A stretch of 64,000 nucleotides of DNA, taken from Candidatus Zixiibacteriota bacterium. Lineage in GTDB: Bacteria; Zixibacteria; MSB-5A5; GN15; PGXB01. A program made the translations under genes and the position numbers. The DNA lies in assembly GCA_041752195.1 (NCBI GenBank), contig JBGSHP010000011.1, positions 139,628 through 203,627 of the forward strand, written 5' to 3'. Positions 19,097 to 28,414 of this stretch are shown piece after piece (within the stretch, counting starts at the first letter, position 1; each line of letters starts with the position of its first letter). The notes below the pieces were generated by a model. The model saw nothing but the letters and a program-made list of their open reading frames with translations, made no database searches and had not been told where the DNA came from.

Positions 19097-21850
19097 TTAT
19101 TTCACCAAAATCATTTTTCGGGTCGATTGTCCTTCGCCGGCTTTAAGCCTGTATAAATATAATCCCGAAGCCACCCTGGCGCCAGTAAAATCGCGCCCAT
19201 CCCAGGTGACGGCATGTGTCCCGGCCTCGAAAACGCCGTCAGACAAAACCGCCGTTTTTCTTCCCAGAAGATCATAAACCGTCAGGTTGACCCTTTGTCT
19301 CTGGGGCAGTGTAAATTCGATAATAGTCGAAGGGTTAAAAGGGTTGGGATAATTTTGTCCCAGGGCAAATCCCCCCGGCAAATTGTTATCGTCATCGTCA
19401 CCGACATCGGTCGGCGAATAATCGACTCTCCGGGCAAAAATATCGAGTCCTTCGGCCCTGGGGTCTACCCAGGCCATCCAGGCTCGGGCATTATCGCCGC
19501 CCGAGACGGGCGATTTCATGAAGGAGGCGTCGTACCCCGAAACCAGCCAATTGGCACTTAAGGGATTCAAATTCTGGTCAAAGACACAATAAAAAGCCTG
19601 GGCCTTGCCGTTGCGATGATCAATCCAGGAGGTCATCGCCAGGCCGGAAGGGGAGAGGGAAATAGAAGGCTCCCCGGGATCGGCCAGGATATTGTCGGTA
19701 ATCTCGATATTGTCATGATTTATTGTGCCGTTGGCATTCAGAACGGCCAAATAAAGTTGCCCATCGCTTCCGGTCCATAACAGGTAAATCAATCCCGAAC
19801 TTCCCACCGCGGTACATAATTCGGCAATATCAACTCCGGCGATTCCCCCGTCAAACCCGAAACGGCTGATAAATTCTCCGTCCGCATTATATCGCACCAG
19901 TCGGGCGCTGGGTCCTCCGGAAAAACCGCGCGAAAGATAGGTTAAAGTATAGTTGCCGCTGTTGTCAACATGCACTTGCGGGTTGTCATTCTGAATTTCA
20001 CTTCCGGCCAGCGACGCCGTGAAAATAGCCGCCCAGGTTGAGCCGTCGAAATATCTCGCCTGAATTTCAGAACTGCCGCCGGGATTGTTAATCCAGGTCG
20101 CCATCTTCCGATCCGCCGCCACGGCCAGAGCCGGTTTCCCTTTTGGCGTAAATTCGTCAATATCCGATACCGCGTAACTTGTCGATGTAAAAGTCCCGCT
20201 TTCCGTGTCGTACGCCCTGTAAAAAATACGGGAAGCGATTACGCCTTCCAGGGCACGACTGTCGGTCCAGACTATTTCAAGAATGCCGCCCATCCCCGCA
20301 TGGGCGAGCGATGGCTCCTTCTGGACCGCCGCCAGGATGTCATCGTTTACCTTAATATTGACCCCCGCCGGGACGGCGTCGGAATTGACCATCTGCAAAA
20401 ATATATCACCGGCATCAAAACGCGTATCTGTAAAGACAATTCCTGTCAGATTATCATTGATTACGGCTACCACGGGCTCGAAAGAATGTGCCCCGGCGGC
20501 ATCGTCATTGATCATAAATTCCGCAGCATCCACCGCGGTTCCGTCGGAATTGAAACGGCGCACGTACACATCGGCATTCCCGACGCGATAATCGCTCCAG
20601 CCGCAATATATTTTCCCGGCATTATCGCCGCATAGGGCTGTTTCCTGGCGTAATTCTTCGGTTTCAGTATTAACAATGATTAAAGGGTCCAGGCTCAATG
20701 CCCCGGTTCCAAAACGCCTCAATAGCACCCGATCCGAAACCCCGTCCGAAACCCAGGCAGCCACGAATCGTCCCGTAGAAGTGACCGTCAGGGCATTATC
20801 CCAGTCATCGGCGGCGGCATCATCGGAAATGCTTAAGTTGGCCCCCATAAGACCCGAACTGCGGCCCACCCGTTGCATGAAAGTTTTCTGATTGGCGCCC
20901 CGGTTATCCAGCCAGGTCACCAGGTAGTTTTCTCCGGAAGCAAAAGCGATATCGGGCAGATACTGGGCGAATTCATCGGAAGCCGCTTCCACCAGGGCAA
21001 GATTATTGCCAAACAGGGTTCCTTCGGCATTAACGAACTGAAGATAAATATCGGCGTTTCCGTTACGATAGTCTTCCCACACCACGGCCATGCTTCCCAG
21101 GCCGGGATCAACCGCTATGGCCGGTTCCCAGTGGGAGACTTCCTGGCCATCATCGTTAACCGTTATCTCGGGGCTTATCGCCATGCCGAAATATGAGAAC
21201 AGGCGCAAACTGATCGAATTTCCGGATTCATAATTTTCCCAGGTCGCGGCCAAACCGCCCCCGGGGATAGCCGCGATATCATAAGGGCCGGCATAGGCGC
21301 CGCCCGCGATATCATTTATGGCAAACGGGGCGATCGCCTGATTGTCCTGGCTGTCGAATCTGGCCCCATATAGCGTTCCCGTAGCCACATCCCGCCAGGC
21401 CAGAAAATATCCGCCGGAACCATCGGAAATAATCCTCGGGTCCGAAATATCGAACCCATCCTCGCGCCCCATGGCCATTACGTTATTCCCGACAGGATTC
21501 CCGGAGGCGTCAAACCGTTGCCGGAAAATCATCCCCCGGCCCATCCGGTCATCGCTCCAGACCGCTATCGTCTGGCCGGTGCTTAAGATAGCCAGGGATA
21601 AGTCCCGCTGATAAAATGTCGCCGGGGAGACCGCTTCCGAAATTTTTAAATCTTCCGCCGTCGCCATTTTCAGGGGAACAGAAAAAGTCTGAAACGGGGC
21701 ATTCGTCAAATCAAAGGGGACCGGCACCAATTGCCGGTGCCGGGATTCCCGGCGCTCGGCCGTTTCGAAAGAGCCCGCCATTCCTGTTGCAAGAAAAACC
21801 AGCCAGGCCGTAATTGTTATTCCCAGTATCTTATTAATGGCAACCTTCAT
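19097..21850 (-). CDS. Large secreted beta-propeller-like protein with a C-terminal T9SS sorting domain; a T9SS cargo protein.
   Basis: The C-terminus (NYPNPFNPSTIIEFTLP..VNLTVYDLLGRKTAVL..GLYLYRLKAG) matches the T9SS C-terminal domain. An internal Met at 21850 begins a signal peptide (MKVAINKILGITITAWLVFLATGMAGS) with a GGGGA Shine-Dalgarno. The ORF-track start at 21919 adds 23 non-signal residues. Confidence 0.75.
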   Translation of the reverse strand: MKVAINKILGITITAWLVFLATGMAGSFETAERRESRHRQLVPVPFDLTNAPFQTFSVPLKMATAEDLKISEAVSPATFYQRDLSLAILSTGQTIAVWSDDRMGRGMIFRQRFDASGNPVGNNVMAMGREDGFDISDPRIISDGSGGYFLAWRDVATGTLYGARFDSQDNQAIAPFAINDIAGGAYAGPYDIAAIPGGGLAATWENYESGNSISLRLFSYFGMAISPEITVNDDGQEVSHWEPAIAVDPGLGSMAVVWEDYRNGNADIYLQFVNAEGTLFGNNLALVEAASDEFAQYLPDIAFASGENYLVTWLDNRGANQKTFMQRVGRSSGLMGANLSISDDAAADDWDNALTVTSTGRFVAAWVSDGVSDRVLLRRFGTGALSLDPLIIVNTETEELRQETALCGDNAGKIYCGWSDYRVGNADVYVRRFNSDGTAVDAAEFMINDDAAGAHSFEPVVAVINDNLTGIVFTDTRFDAGDIFLQMVNSDAVPAGVNIKVNDDILAAVQKEPSLAHAGMGGILEIVWTDSRALEGVIASRIFYRAYDTESGTFTSTSYAVSDIDEFTPKGKPALAVAADRKMATWINNPGGSSEIQARYFDGSTWAAIFTASLAGSEIQNDNPQVHVDNSGNYTLTYLSRGFSGGPSARLVRYNADGEFISRFGFDGGIAGVDIAELCTAVGSSGLIYLLWTGSDGQLYLAVLNANGTINHDNIEITDNILADPGEPSISLSPSGLAMTSWIDHRNGKAQAFYCVFDQNLNPLSANWLVSGYDASFMKSPVSGGDNARAWMAWVDPRAEGLDIFARRVDYSPTDVGDDDDNNLPGGFALGQNYPNPFNPSTIIEFTLPQRQRVNLTVYDLLGRKTAVLSDGVFEAGTHAVTWDGRDFTGARVASGLYLYRLKAGEGQSTRKMILVK

Positions 21851-22281
21851 ATATATCCCCTTATGACACACTTTACCGCAACCCTTGACCGCAAAGACTA
21901 TGCCCATCGTTAAAATCAATCAGTTCCCCCGAATTATCAAGGACGACCCCTCTCCGTGTATTCAACTGACTATCGCACAAGCAGTTGCAATTTGCACAGA
22001 CAAATCGTGAGGAAGTCCGCGCTCTCTCCGGGTGAATGATATTTTAAAACGAACGCGTATATGGAAATCAATTTCACATTTCTTGAAATCGATCCCCGGC
22101 GGTAAGGGTGATCGGCGATGGGCGCCCCCATAGCCATCATCAAGATAATGATCAGAGACCAAAAAGTCAACCCTTACTAAATTTACGATAATCTTAATTC
22201 TTTAAGAGAAAATTGAAACCTGGCCCGAAATAATCCCGTAATTCGAGACAAGAGCCACTCACCGCCATTAGCGAGGAATAA

Positions 22282-24744
22282 GTGAACCGAATAAAAATCC
22301 GCGGTTATCGGATTGACCGCCAAACCCTTATCCGAATCATGACCTGGATGTCTTTGATTATGTTGACCCTGGTTTTGTCTGTGCAGGCCGAAATTGTCGG
22401 TGATACTCTTAAATCGGCCATCGCGATCCGAACTTCCGGCGGGATTAATCTCGACGGTTACCTCAATGAACCGGATTGGGAAAAGGCCCCTGAAATCACC
22501 GGTTTTCGGCAGGTGGAGCCGTTCGAAGGCGAACCGGAATCACAACGAACCGTGGTAAAAACCTTGTACGACGATGAAGCCGTCTATTTCGGTTTCTGGT
22601 GCCATGACACCGAACCGGAAAAGATATCGGCGATATTGACGCGGCGTGACCGCTGGGCTGAATCGGACCAGGTTTCGGTGCGGATTGACTCCCACCATGA
22701 CCACCAGAATGCCTATTATTTCAGCGTTAACGCCGCCGGAGTCTTGCGCGATCTGTACCTTTTTAATAATGTCTATGACGATGAATCCTGGGACGCGGTT
22801 TGGGAAGCCGATGCCAAAATTCATGATTGGGGATGGACGGCTGAATTTAAAATTCCTTATTCGGCCTTGCGCTTCTCGCCGGCCGAGGAATATACCTGGG
22901 GATTTCAACTGGGTCGATTTTTGCCGCGAAACCAGGAACAACAACGCTGGCAATTTGTACCGCAAACGCAAATACAAGGGATATCCAATTACGGGCATTT
23001 GACCGGGATTAAAGGCATCGAACCGCCCGGCCGCCTGGAAACTTTGCCCTATCTGGCCGCCACCGGGATTAAAGAGCCCAAGTCACAGGGCAATCCCGAC
23101 GGGCTCAAATCGCTCTCCGATCTGGGCGTCGATTTTAAATACGGGTTGTCGTCGGCCTTTACCGTCGATGCCACCATTAATCCCGATTTCGGCCAGGTGG
23201 AATCGGACGAGTCCGTTTTGAATCTTTCCACCTTCGAAACCTTTTATGAAGAGAAACGACCCTTTTTCCTGGAGGGGTTTGAATTATTCCGACCTCTTTA
23301 TTTCGACCAGTTTTATTCCCGGAGAATCGGTGGCGCCCCCCGGGGAAGTATCGACAGCGCCGACTACTTTATCGATTCTCCCCGCAACGTCAGCATTTTG
23401 GGCGCCTCCAAGTTAACCGGTAAGACAGCCGGCGGAACCTCTATCGGCTTTCTGAATGCCGTCACCGCGGACGAGAAAGCCGAATATGCCGCCGTCGGCA
23501 GCGGGAATATATATGAGTCCACGGTGGAGCCTTTGGCCAATTATTCGGTCTTGCGCCTGAAACAGGATGTCTTCGGCCAATCCTATATTGGCACCATGAT
23601 TACGGCGGCCAATCAGAAAGATTTAACCGATGCCTACAGCGGTTCCGCCGACTGGATAATTTACCTGCCGAACAAAAATTACTATTGGCAGGGACAGGCG
23701 GTTACGACCTACAATGGTCCCGGGACCAAAGGGGCGGCCGTGATGAGTGGCATAAATAAAGACGGCGGGAAAAATATCCGCGGGAATGTCATGTTCGACT
23801 ATCTCGACCGCAAGGTAGACTTCAACCGCCTCGGTTTTTTGAATGAAAACGGAACCTTCGGGTTTTCCGGCTGGCTGCAAGCGCGGAGTAACAAGAAATT
23901 TTCCGTCTTTCATTTCATGAACATTAATTTCAACGGCTGGTACAATGAGTACCTCGACGGCTGGCGTCATGATAACGGCGGGAATTTCAATACCAATATC
24001 AAATTCTCCAATAACTGGTGGTTTTACGCCGGCCAGGGCTGGAATGGAAGCCGCTACGACCTTCGCGAAACCCGGGGCGGTATGCCCTGGAAAAAGGAAT
24101 CGGGGAGCAGTTTCTGGACAGGGGGACAAACCGACGTCGCCAAATCCATTTATCTTGAATTTGGCTATGATCACGGCCGGAATCGTGGCGGCAAATATGA
24201 TGAATATTCGCTCTGGGTCGTTACCCGCCCCAAGTCCAACCTGGAATTATCATTCGGCACGGATTGGGGGGGCAATAAAGATGCCAGATTCTGGGTCGGC
24301 ACCGGCGTCGACGGCTTGCCGGTATTTCGACCCCTCGATATGAACGAATTCGATATCAGTATGCGCGGCATTTATACCTTTACCCGCAACTTGAGCCTGC
24401 AGTGGTATTCCCAACTTTATTTTTCCGCCGGCGCCTATGACGAAAAATATTATCGCCTGGTCGCCCCGGAAAATATGGAAGAAGTCGATCCCGATCTCTA
24501 TGAAATAAATCAGAGGCGCGGCGATTTTAATTACAAATCCCTGAACATTAATTTAATCATGCGCTGGGAATTTCGCCCCGGTTCCACTTTCTACGTGGTT
24601 TGGACACAGGCTCGTGACCGCTATGATACCGGTGTTCCCGAAAATGACTACACGTTCGACTTTTCCCGCGATTTCGACAAAATGTTTAATTTGCCTTTGA
24701 CCAACACCTTTCTGGCCAAGGTGAGTTACTGGTGGAATATTTAA
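22282..24744 (+). CDS. DUF5916-family protein with an N-terminal carbohydrate-binding-family-9-like domain; probably a secreted or outer-membrane protein.
   Basis: The N-terminus (INLDGYLNEPDWEKAPEITGFRQVEPFEGEPESQRTVVKTLYDDEAVYFGFWCHD) resembles the CBM9-like domain that precedes DUF5916 in roughly 800-aa FCB-group proteins. The start is GTG at 22282, preceded by GAGGAA. An alternative ATG at 22339 starts directly at the hydrophobic signal segment. Confidence 0.65.
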   Translation: MNRIKIRGYRIDRQTLIRIMTWMSLIMLTLVLSVQAEIVGDTLKSAIAIRTSGGINLDGYLNEPDWEKAPEITGFRQVEPFEGEPESQRTVVKTLYDDEAVYFGFWCHDTEPEKISAILTRRDRWAESDQVSVRIDSHHDHQNAYYFSVNAAGVLRDLYLFNNVYDDESWDAVWEADAKIHDWGWTAEFKIPYSALRFSPAEEYTWGFQLGRFLPRNQEQQRWQFVPQTQIQGISNYGHLTGIKGIEPPGRLETLPYLAATGIKEPKSQGNPDGLKSLSDLGVDFKYGLSSAFTVDATINPDFGQVESDESVLNLSTFETFYEEKRPFFLEGFELFRPLYFDQFYSRRIGGAPRGSIDSADYFIDSPRNVSILGASKLTGKTAGGTSIGFLNAVTADEKAEYAAVGSGNIYESTVEPLANYSVLRLKQDVFGQSYIGTMITAANQKDLTDAYSGSADWIIYLPNKNYYWQGQAVTTYNGPGTKGAAVMSGINKDGGKNIRGNVMFDYLDRKVDFNRLGFLNENGTFGFSGWLQARSNKKFSVFHFMNINFNGWYNEYLDGWRHDNGGNFNTNIKFSNNWWFYAGQGWNGSRYDLRETRGGMPWKKESGSSFWTGGQTDVAKSIYLEFGYDHGRNRGGKYDEYSLWVVTRPKSNLELSFGTDWGGNKDARFWVGTGVDGLPVFRPLDMNEFDISMRGIYTFTRNLSLQWYSQLYFSAGAYDEKYYRLVAPENMEEVDPDLYEINQRRGDFNYKSLNINLIMRWEFRPGSTFYVVWTQARDRYDTGVPENDYTFDFSRDFDKMFNLPLTNTFLAKVSYWWNI

Positions 24745-24788
24745 CGCCGGATATTATTACCTGACTGCGGCAAGGTCAGGTTTCTCTG

Positions 24789-24825
24789 ACAGGCGGGACA
24801 ATCTGGTTCCGCCTGTTTTATTTTC
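24789..24825 (+). terminator. Rho-independent terminator after the DUF5916 gene.
   Basis: The hairpin ACAGGCGG-gacaatctggtt-CCGCCTGT is followed by TTTTATTTT, 45 nt after the stop. Confidence 0.65.
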
Positions 24826-24874
24826 AGGGGTGTTCACGATAAATTGGGGGATTTTTGTTGAATGGTCCACGGTG

Positions 24875-26218
24875 CTAAGCCGGGACGTCGATTTTTTCGA
24901 TATTTTCCAGGCGGGATTTCAGAGTCTGCTCTATTTCGGCCAGGCGATCACTATCCTGAAAAACCGTGCTTTCAAAGGTCGTAAGATTCTTGAGTTCCGC
25001 CAGAATCGATTCCATGGCTTCCACGGCGTTGAGTATCCGGTGGACCGCCAGGGCGGCGGCTCCGGAACGATCGACAACATCGCCGCGCGCAGTGGAAGCC
25101 TCGATGGCTACGGCCTTTTCCCGAATCGTATCCGCCACCGAACCCAGATAGTACCCAAAAGTAGCCGCCAGAGTCTTAAGCGATTCCAGGGCCGCTTTTT
25201 TGACCTGGTCCCGGCCTAACTGCTGTTTTATGGTGCGGTTTTCCCGCAGAAGATCCTCCGACGCCAGATATTGCCGAACCAAGATGCGGTTGGCCTCATG
25301 CAATATTTCTTCCATGTTGCCGATGTCAATCTCCAGGTAGCCCGACTCCTGCACCACTTCGCTGACCAGGGATTCGGCCAGGTGGTTGATATCAGCCTGG
25401 GATAAACCGAGCGCGGAAGCCACCATGTCGCGGTTTTCCAGTGATTTCGCCTCCGGGGGCGGGGTGTTGTACGTCCGAAACCGGGAAATCTGATTGGCCA
25501 GATTGACTATCAGGCCCAATTGCGCTTCCGGCGAAGGTCCCGGAGCGCCGGGTTCCTCGCCGGCCGGCTGGAAAGTTTCATGATGACGCTTGACCGCTTC
25601 GCCGACTCGCCGCGGAAGTCCCCATTGGTCCAGAAGAAACTGGCCGGTGCGGGCATGATCCGTCGACCAGGTCCGTTGCTCGGCGGCAATCTGATTTTCA
25701 CCGGCCTCTACCAGTTTCCAGATACGCCGGAATTCGTCAGGGAACGAAGCCTCCAACACCAGCGTCCCGATATCATGCAAGAGCCCCGTCACGAAAGCCT
25801 CCTCGGTCGGCTTATACCCGATCTTTTGAGCGATCATGCGGGACGCGATAGCCACTTCCAGTGAGTGCCGCCAGAATCTTTTGCGATTTATGGGGGAATT
25901 GACCTTATTCAGGGTGTCATAAATTGAGGCCGAAAGCGCCAGGGCGGTGACGCTTCGCGTCCCCAAAGTTACGACTGCATCCTGAACCGTGGTTATCTCC
26001 CGGGCGGGAGCGAAAAATGGCGAGTTGACCACTCTTAAAAGGCGCGCCGTCAGGGGAGGGTCCTTGACTATAACCCGGGCCAGGTCCGAAGCCGATGAGC
26101 GCGGATCCCCCGATACTTTTAAGACCTCGTTTAATACTTGGGGAAGGCTGGTCAACTCCCGGTGATCCGAGAGGATTTTATCAAATACTTCCTGCCCTTT
26201 TAGTGGTTTTTCCGCCAT
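24875..26218 (-). CDS. HDOD-domain signalling protein with a C-terminal coiled-coil region.
   Basis: The N-terminal roughly 200 aa match HDOD (LPQVLNEVLKV..DPRSSASDLARVIVKDPPLTARLLRVVNSPFF..TVQDAVVTLG). It is the last gene of a four-gene minus-strand operon. Confidence 0.75.
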   Translation of the reverse strand: MAEKPLKGQEVFDKILSDHRELTSLPQVLNEVLKVSGDPRSSASDLARVIVKDPPLTARLLRVVNSPFFAPAREITTVQDAVVTLGTRSVTALALSASIYDTLNKVNSPINRKRFWRHSLEVAIASRMIAQKIGYKPTEEAFVTGLLHDIGTLVLEASFPDEFRRIWKLVEAGENQIAAEQRTWSTDHARTGQFLLDQWGLPRRVGEAVKRHHETFQPAGEEPGAPGPSPEAQLGLIVNLANQISRFRTYNTPPPEAKSLENRDMVASALGLSQADINHLAESLVSEVVQESGYLEIDIGNMEEILHEANRILVRQYLASEDLLRENRTIKQQLGRDQVKKAALESLKTLAATFGYYLGSVADTIREKAVAIEASTARGDVVDRSGAAALAVHRILNAVEAMESILAELKNLTTFESTVFQDSDRLAEIEQTLKSRLENIEKIDVPA

Positions 26219-26262
26219 GTCTAAGTTATCGGAAGAAGCCGGACAGATTTTAAGGGGTGAGG

Positions 26263-27471
26263 CTAAAGGGCCAGGCGTTTTCGCAGGCGGTTGATTCTTT
26301 TTTGAACTTCCCCATTGGCAGCCGGGCGACAGGCGGCCAACTCCCCGGCCTTTTGAGCCAGATTCAGTGCCTGGGCATAATCTCTGGCCTTGTGCTCATA
26401 ATATTTGGCCATTTCCAGAACCGCCGCCAGGGCTTCCCCGGTTTCCTGAACGGCGAGGGATTCCCAGATAGGCAGGGCCTCGGCATAGCGGCCGGCCCGC
26501 TTATAGGCCAGAGCCTGCATAAACAGGATATCCCGGCGATCGCCCTCGGCTATTACCGGGCGGCAGGATTCAATTACGCCGTAGACTTTTTCATGCTCGC
26601 GGCGAATTTCAAAAATCCGGGCCAGACTGTATAAATCATCCGGGTCGGTCAGATGAACCGACGGGTTTTCCATGGTCTTGTTTATCCGGTGTAAAAGAAA
26701 ATACAGCGAAACTATGTCGTTGAGATTATGCTCCAACACCTCGGCCAGATACTCCGTGCTTTCCGTGTTCAGCCAGTTGAAATATATCGAGGGCACCAGT
26801 TCGCCGGGAATATCTCCCTGGCGATGAAAATCCAGAATTTCCCGCTCGATATTGCCCAGGGTGCAACTTCCCAGGCGTTTCCGGTATAATCGCCGTGTAA
26901 GATGAAGCAAATCGATATGCCCGCCGATTTCCAGTTCGCGAACCACGCGATTAAGGACCAGGCGGTCTTTTAAGATAGGCATATCGAAGGATTTGCCGTT
27001 ATAAGTCACCAGGATCGTCTCCGGCTTTATTTCTTCGCGGACCGCCTCCAATAGCGCCGCCTCATCCGGGTAATCCGGGAGAAAATACTGGCGCACCTGG
27101 AAACCGTCGGGAGTAATCGACCCGCATCCCACCAGAAAAGCCACGGTCCCGGTTCCCCCCAGCCCGGTCGTTTCCGTATCCAAAAAAAGCAGTCGGGAGG
27201 AGTCTATGACCCCATCGCATCCGTGAAAGTAGTCATTGATCAGGTGGAAATCGGCGGCCCGGTCGGTCTCGAAAATAGCCGCCTCGCCGTGCGCATAAGT
27301 CGGTCCGAAATCCGTCGTCTTGAGAATAAAATTTCCCTGGCCGGTGACAAGGATTTCCCCCTTAAGGCTATCCGCCGCCGTGCGGTATCTTCTTTCCAGA
27401 GGTATTTCCCGCTTGTCCTTTTCGGTTTTCGCCAACTGGTCGGCAAAACGGGATAATTTATCACGGAGCAT
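26263..27471 (-). CDS. RNase-H-like (DEDD/YprB-type) predicted 3'-5' exonuclease with C-terminal TPR repeats.
   Basis: The Exo-I-like motif LFLDTETTGL is followed by VTYNGKSFDMP, as in YprB/COG3359-type predicted exonucleases. The C-terminal roughly 120 aa are TPR-like helical repeats. Confidence 0.7.
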   Translation of the reverse strand: MLRDKLSRFADQLAKTEKDKREIPLERRYRTAADSLKGEILVTGQGNFILKTTDFGPTYAHGEAAIFETDRAADFHLINDYFHGCDGVIDSSRLLFLDTETTGLGGTGTVAFLVGCGSITPDGFQVRQYFLPDYPDEAALLEAVREEIKPETILVTYNGKSFDMPILKDRLVLNRVVRELEIGGHIDLLHLTRRLYRKRLGSCTLGNIEREILDFHRQGDIPGELVPSIYFNWLNTESTEYLAEVLEHNLNDIVSLYFLLHRINKTMENPSVHLTDPDDLYSLARIFEIRREHEKVYGVIESCRPVIAEGDRRDILFMQALAYKRAGRYAEALPIWESLAVQETGEALAAVLEMAKYYEHKARDYAQALNLAQKAGELAACRPAANGEVQKRINRLRKRLAL

Positions 27472-28414
27472 ATTTATTGAGGGTTCGGGCGATGTAAAAT
27501 TTGACGGTGGGATCGGTTTCGATTTCGCTCATGAGTTCCACCAGCCCGCAGGCCAGGCTGGAATTGCTGTTATATATGGCCTCCACGGCCAAAGCCCGGC
27601 GAATCGGCGAAGAATGCTCCAGCTGCCCGGCCACCGCCACGGCTACCATATCGCCGCCAATCTGTCCCAAAATGGAACAGCCCAGATTCCCCACCAATTC
27701 ATTGGCAGAATTTAATGAATCCACGAGCGGTTTTACGGCCCGATCGCCGAACTTCGTCAAAGCCTCGGCGGCGCTAAGTCTGGCCCCATAAAATTGGTCG
27801 CCCAGCATATGGATTAACAGGGGTATAGACGCTTCTATCAGGAGTTGCCCGGCCGACACTGCCGCCGACTTACGCACCGTCTCGACCGTATCGACCAGAA
27901 GAGCCAGGACCGCGCCATTGGCCGCGCTGTCCCCAATCTGGCCGAATGCCCCGGCGCAGGCCGAACGCACCCACCAGTTTTCGTGAAAGGCGGTTTTGAT
28001 CAATTCCGGGACGGCCATTTTATCCTTTATTTCTCCCAGCGTGCCGCTGATTCGACTGACCTGCTCCGGGTTGTCCAGATGCAGGGAGCGAGTCAAATAG
28101 GGGACACCGTCGGATCCGATCTTAACCAGAATCTGGTTAATCGCCAGCCTCTCCCGGGCCGATTTGGTGGTGTATTTTTCAACCAGGCGGGGGACAGCCG
28201 GGGCGCCGATGGCGGCGATCGAATCCACCGCCGGTTGCACCAGGTCGATATATTTCAATTCACCCGATGAAGCGATCACAAAGAGTGAATCGATTCTTTT
28301 CTCGAGTTCGTTGCGCGGCGGGGGTTCCACGGCCGAAACGGACGCGGCTATAAAAATAACCGCCGCAAAAACAAGAAACGGAATTTTATATGATTTACGG
28401 GCCATATCCTTCAT
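27461..28414 (-). CDS. Secreted HEAT/PBS-lyase-type repeat protein.
   Basis: A signal peptide (KIPFLVFAAVIFIAASVSA) precedes repeated units of about 30 aa with the xxxVRxxAxxALGxIG pattern typical of HEAT_2/PBS-lyase repeats. There is a 4-bp overlap with the upstream gene. Confidence 0.7.
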   Translation of the reverse strand: MKDMARKSYKIPFLVFAAVIFIAASVSAVEPPPRNELEKRIDSLFVIASSGELKYIDLVQPAVDSIAAIGAPAVPRLVEKYTTKSARERLAINQILVKIGSDGVPYLTRSLHLDNPEQVSRISGTLGEIKDKMAVPELIKTAFHENWWVRSACAGAFGQIGDSAANGAVLALLVDTVETVRKSAAVSAGQLLIEASIPLLIHMLGDQFYGARLSAAEALTKFGDRAVKPLVDSLNSANELVGNLGCSILGQIGGDMVAVAVAGQLEHSSPIRRALAVEAIYNSNSSLACGLVELMSEIETDPTVKFYIARTLNKYAP

